A stretch of DNA of 64,000 bases from an uncultured virus (IMG/VR IMGVR_UViG_3300025697_003303) (IMGVR_UViG_3300025697_003303), one strand, 5' to 3'. Shown: positions 45,572-55,682, counted from the first letter of the stretch. Notes: generated by a model from the sequence alone, not told the origin. Numbers and translations are program-made.

Positions 45572-46441
45572 TTAAAATAATATGTTTTGGTTTACTTCTT
45601 GTCCTACATTAATTTCTGGTTCAACACCAGGTTCTCCCAACAACCATGCATCAATTTCTTTATTCTTTCTTTGTTGCGTCTTTTTATTCCAAAACGCCCT
45701 TAACTTTTTGATATGTATAACTTCGCTAGGAAGGACAAAATGCTCTTTTTCTAATATGCCACTAATAATACCTTGTTCTAGTGCGAGAGAACTATTCGTA
45801 GCTGCCATTAGATCTTGAAAATTACCTGTGTCTTTATCTACAAACTTTAAAATACTGCTTCTTTTTATGCATGCTAAATCTATAGGACTATCAGTCTGTA
45901 CCTCAAACCCACTATTATACACATAAACAGCAGATATGTCATTTATAGCCATACGCAACTGAGAGATATACTTTTCTGGAGGGTTTCCGTCAATCATAAT
46001 AAATTGATCTTTTGTTTTCTTCTTTTGTGTATTCATTAAACTGTCATCACAGACACCATCCCATTTTATTTTTTTTAGTTTTTTAGGCTCGTGAGGTTTT
46101 TCAGACTTATTTTTCTTTTTCGCAAAAAAGTTGTCTACATTATCTCCAGTCCAATCAGCTTTAAACATTATACTATTCTCATTAGAATGGAATTCGTTCA
46201 TACTAATAATAGGAATACTACGCAAACAATGAAACAGAATTTTCTTGCCATTACTCTTGTATGTTAGAAAAATATACATCCAAGGAAAAGAATTACGAAA
46301 ATGCTTATCTATGTGATTAAAAACAGAAACCATTTTATCAAACTTTATAGACCTGTCTTCAGGGTGTCTATAGAGTTCTTCTGGGTTACTTTTTAAATCT
46401 AATTTGATATTTTTCGTCATTCCGTTTTCTTTTTTCCCCAA
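45572..46441 (-). CDS. Hypothetical protein
   Basis: 289 aa; ends QNILF. Confidence 0.55.
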   Translation of the reverse strand: MGKKENGMTKNIKLDLKSNPEELYRHPEDRSIKFDKMVSVFNHIDKHFRNSFPWMYIFLTYKSNGKKILFHCLRSIPIISMNEFHSNENSIMFKADWTGDNVDNFFAKKKNKSEKPHEPKKLKKIKWDGVCDDSLMNTQKKKTKDQFIMIDGNPPEKYISQLRMAINDISAVYVYNSGFEVQTDSPIDLACIKRSSILKFVDKDTGNFQDLMAATNSSLALEQGIISGILEKEHFVLPSEVIHIKKLRAFWNKKTQQRKNKEIDAWLLGEPGVEPEINVGQEVNQNILF

Positions 46442-48426
46442 GACTTTTTCTTTTTACTTTGTTTCTTTTTGCTTTTTTCGATTACTTCACCATCCATTGT
46501 CATAATAGAATGGCAGGCCGGGAATTTCTGGCAACCGAGGAACTCTCCATAACGACCATTTCTGATTACCATCTTTGCTCCACATTTAGGACAATCGAAA
46601 TCTGACAGCACTGTTACCTTCTTAACTTTTTCAACAGGAATTCCATCCTTGCCAACGTCTGCCCTATAATCGCATTTATCATCTTTGCTATTATAATTCT
46701 CACATGAGTAAAATTTTCCCCATTTTGAGAACTTCAATAAAAGCTTTCCATCACATTTCTTACAATCGTAATCAGTCTTACTTTTTTCTTCTTTAATAAT
46801 CTTGGCTCTGCCAAGATCCTCTTTAAGAACTTTGTAAAAATTATTAAGAACACAAAGTTTGTCGCCTTCTGCTCTAGCGATTTTATCAAGATCATCTTCC
46901 ATATTAGCAGTAAAGCCCAAATCTACGAAACAGAAATTAGATTCTACCAAGAATTCTACAACTCCTATTCCCAAGTCCGTGACATTGATTGCCTTCTTTA
47001 TAATCTCAACATATTTTCTATTCTTGAGAGTATCTAATGTATTTGCAAAAGTTGAAGGACGACCAATCCCGAGTTTTTCCATCTGTTTGACGGACGAAGC
47101 TTCTGAATATCTAGATGGTGGCTTTGTCTGTTCTTCTGTCATACTAGAATCTATCAGATCTACTACATCTCCAACCTTCATTTCTGGGACAGTATAGTCT
47201 TCGAGCTTGCCATAATCCCAACATGCTCTCCATCCATCGAATGTGCATGTAGAACCTGTTGTAGATAAGACATATTCTTTGCATTTGAATTCTGCCTTAG
47301 ATCTTAGGAATACGGCTGCTGACATTTGGCTGGCTACTAATCTTTTCCAAACCATTTTATACAGCTTATTTGAATCGCCAGAACCAGGATTCTCTACGCT
47401 AATGTCTGTAGGACGGATAGCTTCATGAGCTTCTTGAGCGTTCTTACTCTTCGCGTAATGCCATTGTTTTTTTGGACAGTACTTTGCCCCATATTTAGCT
47501 TCTATGCCCACACGGACGCTCTGGACGACCTCTGGAACGATAAATTTAGAGTCTGTACGATGATATGTTATAAGCGACGACGCAAAAAGCTCTTGAGCTA
47601 CAGTCATTGTCTTTTTAGGACTCCAACCCAAAAACGAAGACGCACATTGTTGTAAGGTAGAAGTTGTAAATGGAGCATATGGTTTAGTAGATTTATTAAC
47701 CTTTTCATACGCAGATACTTTTATCGGTCCTTTTTTCAAGGTATCAATAATACCAGTAGCCATTTTCTTAGAGTTAACTTTAAGTTTTGTTGGTTTTGTA
47801 AGTGGGGCTACAGTTTTTTCTTTCTTTTTAGTAAGAAGTTCTGCCACAATATTCCAATAAGTGATTGGAACAAAGTCTCTAATTTCTTTTTCTCTTTCTG
47901 CGAGAAACCTTAGTGTAGAGCTTTGGACTCGACCTGCACTTTTCCCACCAGTAGCTTGTTTGACAGGCCAACTGCATTTAAATCCTACTATTCTATCAAG
48001 GATTCTTCTAGCCTCGTAAGCTGAAACCAAATCTTCATCTATTTCAGTAGCATTTTCAATTGCTTCTAGTAGATCTTTCTTTGTTATTGCTCCATAACGT
48101 ATTCTCTTGGTCTCTGTCCCTTTAGGAAGGATAGCTTTGATGTGAGAGGCAATTGCTTCCCCTTCACGATCTCTATCTGTTGCAAGATAAACAAGTTTTG
48201 CTTTCTTTGCTTTAGATAGAATATTTTTAACTACGCCTTGTTTCCCATCCATTATCTCGTAAGTGGGTTCAAAGTTCTTACCTTTTCTGAGATTAACGCC
48301 GATCTTATCTGGAGGAAGATCTCTGAAATGACCTACAGACGCTATAACCTCATATGAGGGACCAAGATACTTTTGGATACTTTTTGTTTTACTTGGAGAC
48401 TCTACTATTACTAAATATTTTGCCAT
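46417..48426 (-). CDS. topA: Type IA DNA topoisomerase
   Basis: IVESP.K, S.GH, ATD.DREGE, SAGRVQS, ITYHRTDS (catalytic Tyr), QEAHEAIRPT, GIGRPST and C-terminal Zn ribbons. Confidence 0.97.
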   Translation of the reverse strand: MAKYLVIVESPSKTKSIQKYLGPSYEVIASVGHFRDLPPDKIGVNLRKGKNFEPTYEIMDGKQGVVKNILSKAKKAKLVYLATDRDREGEAIASHIKAILPKGTETKRIRYGAITKKDLLEAIENATEIDEDLVSAYEARRILDRIVGFKCSWPVKQATGGKSAGRVQSSTLRFLAEREKEIRDFVPITYWNIVAELLTKKKEKTVAPLTKPTKLKVNSKKMATGIIDTLKKGPIKVSAYEKVNKSTKPYAPFTTSTLQQCASSFLGWSPKKTMTVAQELFASSLITYHRTDSKFIVPEVVQSVRVGIEAKYGAKYCPKKQWHYAKSKNAQEAHEAIRPTDISVENPGSGDSNKLYKMVWKRLVASQMSAAVFLRSKAEFKCKEYVLSTTGSTCTFDGWRACWDYGKLEDYTVPEMKVGDVVDLIDSSMTEEQTKPPSRYSEASSVKQMEKLGIGRPSTFANTLDTLKNRKYVEIIKKAINVTDLGIGVVEFLVESNFCFVDLGFTANMEDDLDKIARAEGDKLCVLNNFYKVLKEDLGRAKIIKEEKSKTDYDCKKCDGKLLLKFSKWGKFYSCENYNSKDDKCDYRADVGKDGIPVEKVKKVTVLSDFDCPKCGAKMVIRNGRYGEFLGCQKFPACHSIMTMDGEVIEKSKKKQSKKKKSWGKKKTE

Positions 48427-48466
48427 AATTACTTTATTGTTTAAGAATTAAAGATCGACTAACGGC

Positions 48467-48691
48467 TCATTTCTCAATTATCGTTAAAATTCTTCCAAGC
48501 TGTCGATCAGCAGACGGTTTCGCTGCGATGTACCAACCTGTTGCTCCGTGACGAGGAGCTACGCCTCTTAACTTCCCTCTTCTAGCCAATTGCACTACCT
48601 TCCCCTTAGTCATTCTTTTGCCATTGATAATGTAAGCAATTGTTCGTCTCTGAGAATTAACTATTCTTTTTTCTACTATTAATTGTTCCAT
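48467..48691 (-). CDS. Small basic protein (DUF3892-like)
   Basis: R....TI.Y...G..MT...VV..A..G.L.GV pattern. Confidence 0.4.
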   Translation of the reverse strand: MEQLIVEKRIVNSQRRTIAYIINGKRMTKGKVVQLARRGKLRGVAPRHGATGWYIAAKPSADRQLGRILTIIEK

Positions 48692-49103
48692 TGTTTTCCC
48701 TTTGATTCTTTTTTCTAACTTTGGTAACTGGTTTATTGGGATTTATATAGATAAGCCCAGACGCGATACCTGCGACATGGCACCAGGCATTTCGTGTCAT
48801 ATCTTTAGGTGTCATAGTTTCTACAGTCAATGCAGTTGAGCTAATGCCTGTTGCCAATAGCTCTGGGTCCATTCTAGCGTTAAATTCTTTAAGGAAAACG
48901 CCACCATAAAGCAATCTTTGAAATGGTTCCCACAAATCATCAGACGAAATGCCCAAATTCTTTGAGATATCATCTATAGTTGGTTTAACGCCTTTTAGGT
49001 AAGACAATAGGATTGCGACTCCAAGACCTCCTTGAAATTCTTCTTTGTTAACCGAACGCCAGTTTCTTCCGCAAACATCAGCAACGATCTCTTCATACTT
49101 CAT
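48657..49103 (-). CDS. Hypothetical HTH-like protein
   Basis: TIDDISKNLGIS..DL; start reassigned to 49103 (AAGGA RBS). Confidence 0.45.
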   Translation of the reverse strand: MKYEEIVADVCGRNWRSVNKEEFQGGLGVAILLSYLKGVKPTIDDISKNLGISSDDLWEPFQRLLYGGVFLKEFNARMDPELLATGISSTALTVETMTPKDMTRNAWCHVAGIASGLIYINPNKPVTKVRKKNQRENNGTINSRKKNS

Positions 49104-49163
49104 TTTGTTAGTCCTTGTTAGTCTTTGGTAAAACAAAAGTATATCAAAAAAGATATACACATA

Positions 49164-49520
49164 TTAAAAAAGTTGCCCTTCTTCTAGAAATTCATCTTTT
49201 AGCTCGTCTATATTTACATCGATTGGGACTTCATTAAAATTAGGATGTATTTTATATCTCATCCCTTTACTAAATTCTTGTTTATCGAATTCAAGAGAGC
49301 AGTCTCTCATTATATTCTCTATTACAGGTACAAGATCGAAATTATTTATCGTAACAATAACAATTTCTTTTTCTATTTGTACTTTTGTAATATATTGATA
49401 AAATTCATCTATGATATCAATTTTCGGTATTGTTTTGTGTTCCTTCACTTGTTTCTTTTTTGCTTTTTTCTTTAATGTCACTGCACTTTTATCGCTTTTA
49501 TTTTTCGCTTTCATTACCAT
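49164..49520 (-). CDS. Hypothetical protein
   Basis: 118 aa ending GQLF. Confidence 0.5.
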   Translation of the reverse strand: MVMKAKNKSDKSAVTLKKKAKKKQVKEHKTIPKIDIIDEFYQYITKVQIEKEIVIVTINNFDLVPVIENIMRDCSLEFDKQEFSKGMRYKIHPNFNEVPIDVNIDELKDEFLEEGQLF

Positions 49521-49546
49521 ATTATACCTAATCTATATACACAAAA

Positions 49547-50101
49547 TCAATCAATTTTTTGCAAGCCAGTACCAATTTCCTTATATTTACTTCCGCAAAC
49601 CTCGCACTGTAGGAAAGGTCCATTTGCTATTTTGACTCCGCACTCGCATATATATCCTTTATGTCTTGCTGGATTCCCATAAACAATAGTATAATCTGGA
49701 ACGGGTTTTGAAACTACTGAGCCTGCTCCGACTAAAGCATAATAGCCTATAGTTGAACCACAAATTATAGTTGAATTTGCCCCTATTGAGCATCCTTTTT
49801 TTAGAACAGTAGATTTGAATTCTGATTTTCTGTTTACAAACGATCTAGGATTTATGACATTAGTAAAAACAACAGACGGTCCTATAAAAACATCGTCTTC
49901 GACAGAAACGCCCTCATAGATACTAACATTATTCTGTATCTTTACTCCATTTCCTATGCTAACATTTTGTCCTATATTAACATTTTGTCCTATACAACAA
50001 TCTTCTCCTATCTTCGCTCCCTCTTGTATATGAGAAAAGTACCACACCTTTGTTCTTTTGCCTAACTCGACATTATCGTCTATAATAACAAAATCTTTCA
50101 T
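49547..50101 (-). CDS. Hexapeptide-repeat sugar N-acetyltransferase (WbpD-like)
   Basis: VKIQNNVSIYEGV, FIGPSVVFTN..NPRS, GANSTI, GNPA and C-terminal C.CG..C..C. Confidence 0.9.
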   Translation of the reverse strand: MKDFVIIDDNVELGKRTKVWYFSHIQEGAKIGEDCCIGQNVNIGQNVSIGNGVKIQNNVSIYEGVSVEDDVFIGPSVVFTNVINPRSFVNRKSEFKSTVLKKGCSIGANSTIICGSTIGYYALVGAGSVVSKPVPDYTIVYGNPARHKGYICECGVKIANGPFLQCEVCGSKYKEIGTGLQKID

Positions 50102-50108
50102 AAGTTCC

Positions 50109-51458
50109 TTATTTATTGGTAGTAGCTCCTGGTATTTTGAGCCAATCGATATCTTTTCTAATCCTCAAATTAATTTCCCAAGCTTTTTTCATTAAATCGA
50201 AATCATAATCAAGTTCATCAGCAGCATAGTTGATCATAGCGTTAATATCTTTTGGAAAGCAGTTATGAGTGACAATCCCTGTCTTTTGCTCTATCCAAAA
50301 CAAATCGTCTTTTTCAGAATCACTTGTCAATTCCAAATTATATACTTTCCCCTTATATCGTCTTTTTGTAATTTTATTTATTTGCATAGTTACATCATTT
50401 ATAATAAAAAACAAATCTGTTTCTTTTATTTTTTTTGCTTTAACAATTATTTTTTTACTATCGCGTAAGACTGGCATCAGGTGTTCTAGTGTACAACTGA
50501 ATTCTCCACTATTAGTTTCAAAAACAATTATTTCTTCATCAATTTCTCTTTCAGTTACGACTTTAATTTCTTTCCATTCTGCGTTTTCTAAATTAGCATC
50601 ACACGATTCTATAGAATATATGTTTGAATAACCGTTTCCCTTATCTTCTATAAACTTACTCAAATTTTCAATAGATACTTCTTCTTCATAAGATTCGGGT
50701 TGATCGTACTCATCAATAATCATAGTTTGTATTTTTGCCTTTGCGTCTGGGAGAACGCACTTCCCGCCCCAACCTCGATCTCCATCTGGACCAGGAACCT
50801 TACCGTGACTGTTACCCATTCTCGGATCTCCATGAAAAATTTCAGACAAAGTATCCCAAGAATCAGTACTGCCAGATGATTGGTGTATATCGTACATTTG
50901 ATTCATAAACGTAACTTTAAGAGCCAAATAACAATTCTCCATATACTTTAAAACGCCAGAAGAAATTAGATCACATTTAAAAAATTTAGTAGCTTTACAA
51001 ATACTATACTCTTTAAATAGGTCTAAAACGCTCTGTGCGTCTTCTTCCCTATTACTGCCGACTACAATCATAGGCTCTTCAATAAAAGCTTCCAGCGGGT
51101 TAGCATCAATTAAATACTCAGGACTCATACAAAGACGAAGATCAGAATATTTCTTAGCCCAATAAGCAAGATGAGATGGGATTACAGTGCTTTTACTAAT
51201 TACCACACCATTATAATTAAATGAAGCTATTAAATCCATGACAGAATCAATAATAGTTGTATCAATTTTTCCATTATCTTTCATATTCATCGGAGTAGGA
51301 ACGCCAACAAATATAAAATCAGCTTCTTTAGTCATCTGTTCCATACTAACAGACATATTTTTATAAGCTGGATCTAAAATCAATATCTCTGCGCTATTTT
51401 TAAAGCCATACTCGATAGCTTTGCCAACTACGCCGTAACCAACTATCCCTATCTTCAT
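50109..51458 (-). CDS. UDP-glucose/GDP-mannose dehydrogenase-family protein with intein
   Basis: GYGVVG, VPTP, KST, PEYL, KY..N..LA.K..F.N, D.RMG.SH; GWGGK|CFPKD split by an insertion. Confidence 0.9.
   Translation of the reverse strand: MKIGIVGYGVVGKAIEYGFKNSAEILILDPAYKNMSVSMEQMTKEADFIFVGVPTPMNMKDNGKIDTTIIDSVMDLIASFNYNGVVISKSTVIPSHLAYWAKKYSDLRLCMSPEYLIDANPLEAFIEEPMIVVGSNREEDAQSVLDLFKEYSICKATKFFKCDLISSGVLKYMENCYLALKVTFMNQMYDIHQSSGSTDSWDTLSEIFHGDPRMGNSHGKVPGPDGDRGWGGKCVLPDAKAKIQTMIIDEYDQPESYEEEVSIENLSKFIEDKGNGYSNIYSIESCDANLENAEWKEIKVVTEREIDEEIIVFETNSGEFSCTLEHLMPVLRDSKKIIVKAKKIKETDLFFIINDVTMQINKITKRRYKGKVYNLELTSDSEKDDLFWIEQKTGIVTHNCFPKDINAMINYAADELDYDFDLMKKAWEINLRIRKDIDWLKIPGATTNK
50262..50759 (-). 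other. Mini-intein (166 aa)
   Basis: Begins CVLPDA, block B CTLEH, block F VYNLE, ends THN followed by Cys+1. Confidence 0.9.
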
Positions 51459-51545
51459 AATAATCTCCTAATTTCTCTTAATATATTATTTCTTGCAAAA
51501 AACAGGCTACCGTCACCATTTAAAAAGATGTCTTTCCAAACTTTT

Positions 51546-51914
51546 TTATTTGATTATGCCATACGCCCCATTCTTCTCATACTCTCTAACCATACGTATC
51601 GTATTGATCGGGCTTCCTCCCCCAGCATCTCCATCAACAAGAATTGGAATAGAAATCCTATCACTTATTTTGTTGCAGAATTCAGAATAGTCTGAAACAG
51701 TAAGGATATCAGCGTCTGGCAATCTACATGTCGCATGAGATTCAAAAGAAGACAACCAAATACCTTCGAACCCAGCCTCTTCTATAATAGTAGCTGCTAA
51801 TGCGTTACAAGCCCCACATAATCTAACCATCTTACCAGTTTTAAACAAAGACTTAAAATCTGTTCTATTAACGAAAGTCCTATTGCCTTGATCTATTATT
51901 AAACGTTTATCCAC
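51546..51914 (-). pseudogene. Phosphoenolpyruvate mutase/isocitrate lyase family, N-terminal fragment
   Basis: GA.NAL.A..IEEAGF.GIW.SS, LPDA, IPILVD.D.G.G..IN..R.V; stops before IED..PK..S. Confidence 0.8.
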
Positions 51915-51946
51915 TATTATCTCCTAACTTAATATCGACAAATGAT

Positions 51947-52801
51947 TTAATTATCTCCTTTTTCCAGCATAATGGATCTAACTATTCTATCACTGATTTT
52001 ATCAGTACCTGGTACGCATTGATTATGTTGTTTAGAACAAAAGTGAATAGCATCGTTCGCATCTACATTTTTAAATATACCACGCTTAAACTTACCGCCA
52101 GTATCCATTATTTTAAAAGGTAAATATCCCCTCTCTTTAAATAAGTCTGGATTTGGGACAGCGGCAGATACAACATATTTGAATTTAAAACCTATATCGA
52201 CAAGATATCTCAATATGTTTTCAAAATTTCTTTCCTTACTGTAAGTATTTGGATGAACTTCAAGTAAGATTTTACATTTATTTATGTTTTCTAATGTTTT
52301 TCTAGCCCCATCAATTACCTCTATCTCGTAACCTTCAATATCCATCTTAATAAAATTTGGTTTCAAATTTAAACTATCTATCGTTTTTGTCTTGACTTGA
52401 TGTTTTTTGCATCTATCTTTTGGTTTTAATAAAGATGATTGATTAGGTTTCTTGGTATAATACATTTTTTTTTCACCTTTAAAATTTGACAAAGCAAAAT
52501 TATGAATTTCTACTTTTTTAGAATACCCGTTAATATCAATATTTTTTTTTAAGATTTTTCTACTAGTTTTATGTGGTTCGATAGCAATTATTTTTGAAAC
52601 ACTTTTTGAATTACACATAATTAATGTAGCATAACCTATATTTGCTCCCACCTCTAAAGCCAGACCTTCTGATTCATTCTTTAATAGCCATGTAAAACAA
52701 GGTTCCCAAAACCCTATATGTATTAAGTTGCCAGATATACCCACACCGGAACGATCTAGATACATCAAATTCCCATTAATTTTCTTTTTTACTAATTTCA
52801 T
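51947..52801 (-). CDS. FkbM-family methyltransferase
   Basis: EVGANIG, AIEP, ALS and IKMDIEGYE. Confidence 0.9.
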   Translation of the reverse strand: MKLVKKKINGNLMYLDRSGVGISGNLIHIGFWEPCFTWLLKNESEGLALEVGANIGYATLIMCNSKSVSKIIAIEPHKTSRKILKKNIDINGYSKKVEIHNFALSNFKGEKKMYYTKKPNQSSLLKPKDRCKKHQVKTKTIDSLNLKPNFIKMDIEGYEIEVIDGARKTLENINKCKILLEVHPNTYSKERNFENILRYLVDIGFKFKYVVSAAVPNPDLFKERGYLPFKIMDTGGKFKRGIFKNVDANDAIHFCSKQHNQCVPGTDKISDRIVRSIMLEKGDN

Positions 52802-53429
52802 TTATTATAAACGCCTCTTTATTTGATATTCCAAACCACATTAGAGGACCACCTTTATATTTTTTTATAGCCCTGTTTTTGAACAAGATATCTTCTTCTC
52901 TAAGAAGAACAGCATGAGATGCATTTGTTCTATAATATTCTTCGACTTTTTCAGACGACAGCGATTGGGCAATAACAAAATGATATATATCACATTCTTT
53001 AAAAACATCTCTAGCAACACGACCTATCTGTTTATGATGTTCATGTTTGCCCCAGTCTCCATCAATATTATGAGTAAGAACAGTATTATATTTCAACGGA
53101 TCTATACCTTTTTTTTTAAATCCATTTCTAATCACATTCGCATCTAACTTCCTCTTAGTAGAAACTTTACAAAACTTTAGAACATTCTCTCCCTTATATC
53201 TTTGCATTCTATGAAAAATAGGAAGAGTATATTGATTCGCTCCTGCACTCTTACATATCCTTTTAAATCTTTTTTTTTCACCAGGTAAATGTTCTTTGTT
53301 CGTACATGCTATTACATCCCAACCTTTACCATACTTAGATAAAGTCCCGCCAGTTATAAGGCTCTCATCATCCCAATGGGCTACGAATAACAATACCGGA
53401 GGCTTAAAATTAGGTTCTGTAAAATTCAT
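52776..53429 (-). CDS. PIG-L/LmbE-family deacetylase
   Basis: AHWDDE and TH...G..G.H.HH motifs. Confidence 0.8.
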   Translation of the reverse strand: MNFTEPNFKPPVLLFVAHWDDESLITGGTLSKYGKGWDVIACTNKEHLPGEKKRFKRICKSAGANQYTLPIFHRMQRYKGENVLKFCKVSTKRKLDANVIRNGFKKKGIDPLKYNTVLTHNIDGDWGKHEHHKQIGRVARDVFKECDIYHFVIAQSLSSEKVEEYYRTNASHAVLLREEDILFKNRAIKKYKGGPLMWFGISNKEAFIINEISKKEN

Positions 53430-53430
53430 A

Positions 53431-54057
53431 TTATTTTCTAGCAAAAATAATCACTGGTAATATACTATCTGTAAAAAATGTTTGTTTTTCTATCAATTCA
53501 TAACTTGTAAAAAACCCTCTTATGCCTTTCAGAGAAATTAGGTCTTGACTATTCGTAGGTTTTTTATGTTTAATATTAACACCAACGATTACTGTTTTTA
53601 ATCTATCCATAAGGGTTTTTAACAAATCTATCTCATCATTTTCCATATGATATAAAACTCTTGATACGCATATTGCTGTAATATCATCTGCATCAAACTG
53701 TCCAGATTCGACATAATTCTTAAAAGTTATATTTTTTATCTTGACGTTTGAAAGATTATATCCTTCTTTAGTAAAAATGGTTTTAGTTTTAACCGCTTTA
53801 TCATAAAAATCTTTTACCATATCAATACCAATAACATTGTCAAAATGACATGATAAAGCTGAGCACACGACACCATTATTGCATCCTATATCAAGAATAT
53901 TAAGTCCAGAAGATACTCTATTGTCTATCTGATTTATAGACTTAACAATATTATTTAATTTTTCGTTTTTTCCTTGATAGTTTGGGACGCTAGATACTGC
54001 TGTCCACGCTTTTTCTAATCTTGGCAATATTCTCTTTATCTCTTTATATTTAATCAT
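53431..54057 (-). CDS. Class I SAM-dependent methyltransferase
   Basis: LDIGCNNG, GID and VLYH; paralog of 62767-63405. Confidence 0.85.
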   Translation of the reverse strand: MIKYKEIKRILPRLEKAWTAVSSVPNYQGKNEKLNNIVKSINQIDNRVSSGLNILDIGCNNGVVCSALSCHFDNVIGIDMVKDFYDKAVKTKTIFTKEGYNLSNVKIKNITFKNYVESGQFDADDITAICVSRVLYHMENDEIDLLKTLMDRLKTVIVGVNIKHKKPTNSQDLISLKGIRGFFTSYELIEKQTFFTDSILPVIIFARK

Positions 54058-54064
54058 TTTAATG

Positions 54065-54892
54065 TTACTCGAAATCTATAAAATACCATTTTTTGGATTT
54101 CAGACAATACAATATATTTCCATACTGGTAATCTGGTATCCCATTTCCTCTTTTATGTATTCTATTTTTTTTTAGATATTCATCCTTAAAACATCTATTT
54201 AAAACATCATCAACAAAACCTTTATAACAGCGTTTCCTAAACTCTGCATGCTCAGTTGTAAAACTATCTCCATATAAGTCAGATAAAGATTTACGAGGTA
54301 TCTGCATCGGCCACATCTTTGGATTCCTATATGCAAATTTCATTACATCCATATGTTTCTTATTATCTATTTGTCCTCTACAGACAGGACTAAAAACTCT
54401 TTTCATTAGAATACCAAAAGCTGTGCCTTTTAGCTTAAAATTCTCATAAGCATAAATATTACTCTTTCTTTTTATATTAGATATATCGCAATCAAGCTCA
54501 ACTATACATTTTGATATTATTTTTGGGAACATATCCAACTTTTCTAAATATTTTGCTATTACATAATTCTTTTTAAATTCCTTTTCAGTATATATTCGAT
54601 CCTTCCAATGAACACTAGCAAAGACTAAAACTCCAAGATCTTCAGATATGGGATGAAAAAACTTACGCCGACCTGCCATGCAAAAAATATCATTATTCCT
54701 AACACCTAAATGTCCTTTATGAAAAAATAGCAATGATTTAACATTCTTGTCTTCCATTTTTAATATGCTTGCCTTAATCTTAGAAAATTTCAAATAGTTA
54801 GGAAGAACGGATACAACTTTATTATTACTGTCTAATAATAAGACCCTAGCACCAGTTTTTATTTTACCTTTTAAATTTATTGTTTTAATCAT
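54065..54892 (-). CDS. Kinase-like (APH/PKL-fold) protein
   Basis: C-terminal D...GNIL.......IDFE resembles catalytic and Mg-binding loops. Confidence 0.4.
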   Translation of the reverse strand: MIKTINLKGKIKTGARVLLLDSNNKVVSVLPNYLKFSKIKASILKMEDKNVKSLLFFHKGHLGVRNNDIFCMAGRRKFFHPISEDLGVLVFASVHWKDRIYTEKEFKKNYVIAKYLEKLDMFPKIISKCIVELDCDISNIKRKSNIYAYENFKLKGTAFGILMKRVFSPVCRGQIDNKKHMDVMKFAYRNPKMWPMQIPRKSLSDLYGDSFTTEHAEFRKRCYKGFVDDVLNRCFKDEYLKKNRIHKRGNGIPDYQYGNILYCLKSKKWYFIDFE

Positions 54893-54893
54893 T

Positions 54894-55682
54894 TTATTCC
54901 CAAAAGTCAGTATGCAACCAATCATCACTAATATCTATATAACTGGACATTTGCGATGCTATTTTTTTGTTTTGTTTCCCTATATGGGCAGATTCGTTAT
55001 TAATAGATTCCATAATACTATTTATATCGTCTCTTTCCCAATGAATAGCATTTGGAGTATTACCATTGTACATACATCTTCTTCCCATAAGACCCAGTTC
55101 TATAACGCTATTAGCAATTCCATCGTGCTTTGTTAATCTAAGACCTATAAAACATTTCTTATATATTTTATATAACTTTTTTCTAGAATATTGGTTACTA
55201 TCAGTGATAATATTTATTTTAAAATCACTTAGTTTTTTAAGTTTTTTAACAATATCTCCTCCGTAAAAGTTCCATCTAGATTTACGTATATATGTATATA
55301 TTTCATCACCTAGAATTTCTGGTTTTATGTGTTTAACAGGGGATGCAATAAGAGGAATAGATTTATAAGGGATACCAACATTATCCAAATCTTTTTCAAT
55401 GTATGATGATATGGCAACATTTTTAACCCAAGGCATTTTCTTAACAGCTTTTAAACATTTCTGCTTCCTTATATCACCACCACGCCAAATAAGAACCGCA
55501 AGTGATTTATGCCTTTTAAGCCTATTAATATCAGCATCAGGATCATACATTCCAAAAAAAATAGATGGTTTTCTTTTATCGTAAAACTTCACTAAATTAT
55601 GCATTTCCATAAAATTTAAGAATTTGCCCGAATGTTTAACCGTAGAGGCAAATTGACATTGTTTTATTCTTTTTGATTTCAT
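54894..55682 (-). CDS. Glycosyltransferase-like (GT-B) protein
   Basis: Y..CFIGLRLT.HDG.ANSVIELGLMGR; paralog of 58481-59254. Confidence 0.65.
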   Translation of the reverse strand: MKSKRIKQCQFASTVKHSGKFLNFMEMHNLVKFYDKRKPSIFFGMYDPDADINRLKRHKSLAVLIWRGGDIRKQKCLKAVKKMPWVKNVAISSYIEKDLDNVGIPYKSIPLIASPVKHIKPEILGDEIYTYIRKSRWNFYGGDIVKKLKKLSDFKINIITDSNQYSRKKLYKIYKKCFIGLRLTKHDGIANSVIELGLMGRRCMYNGNTPNAIHWERDDINSIMESINNESAHIGKQNKKIASQMSSYIDISDDWLHTDFWE

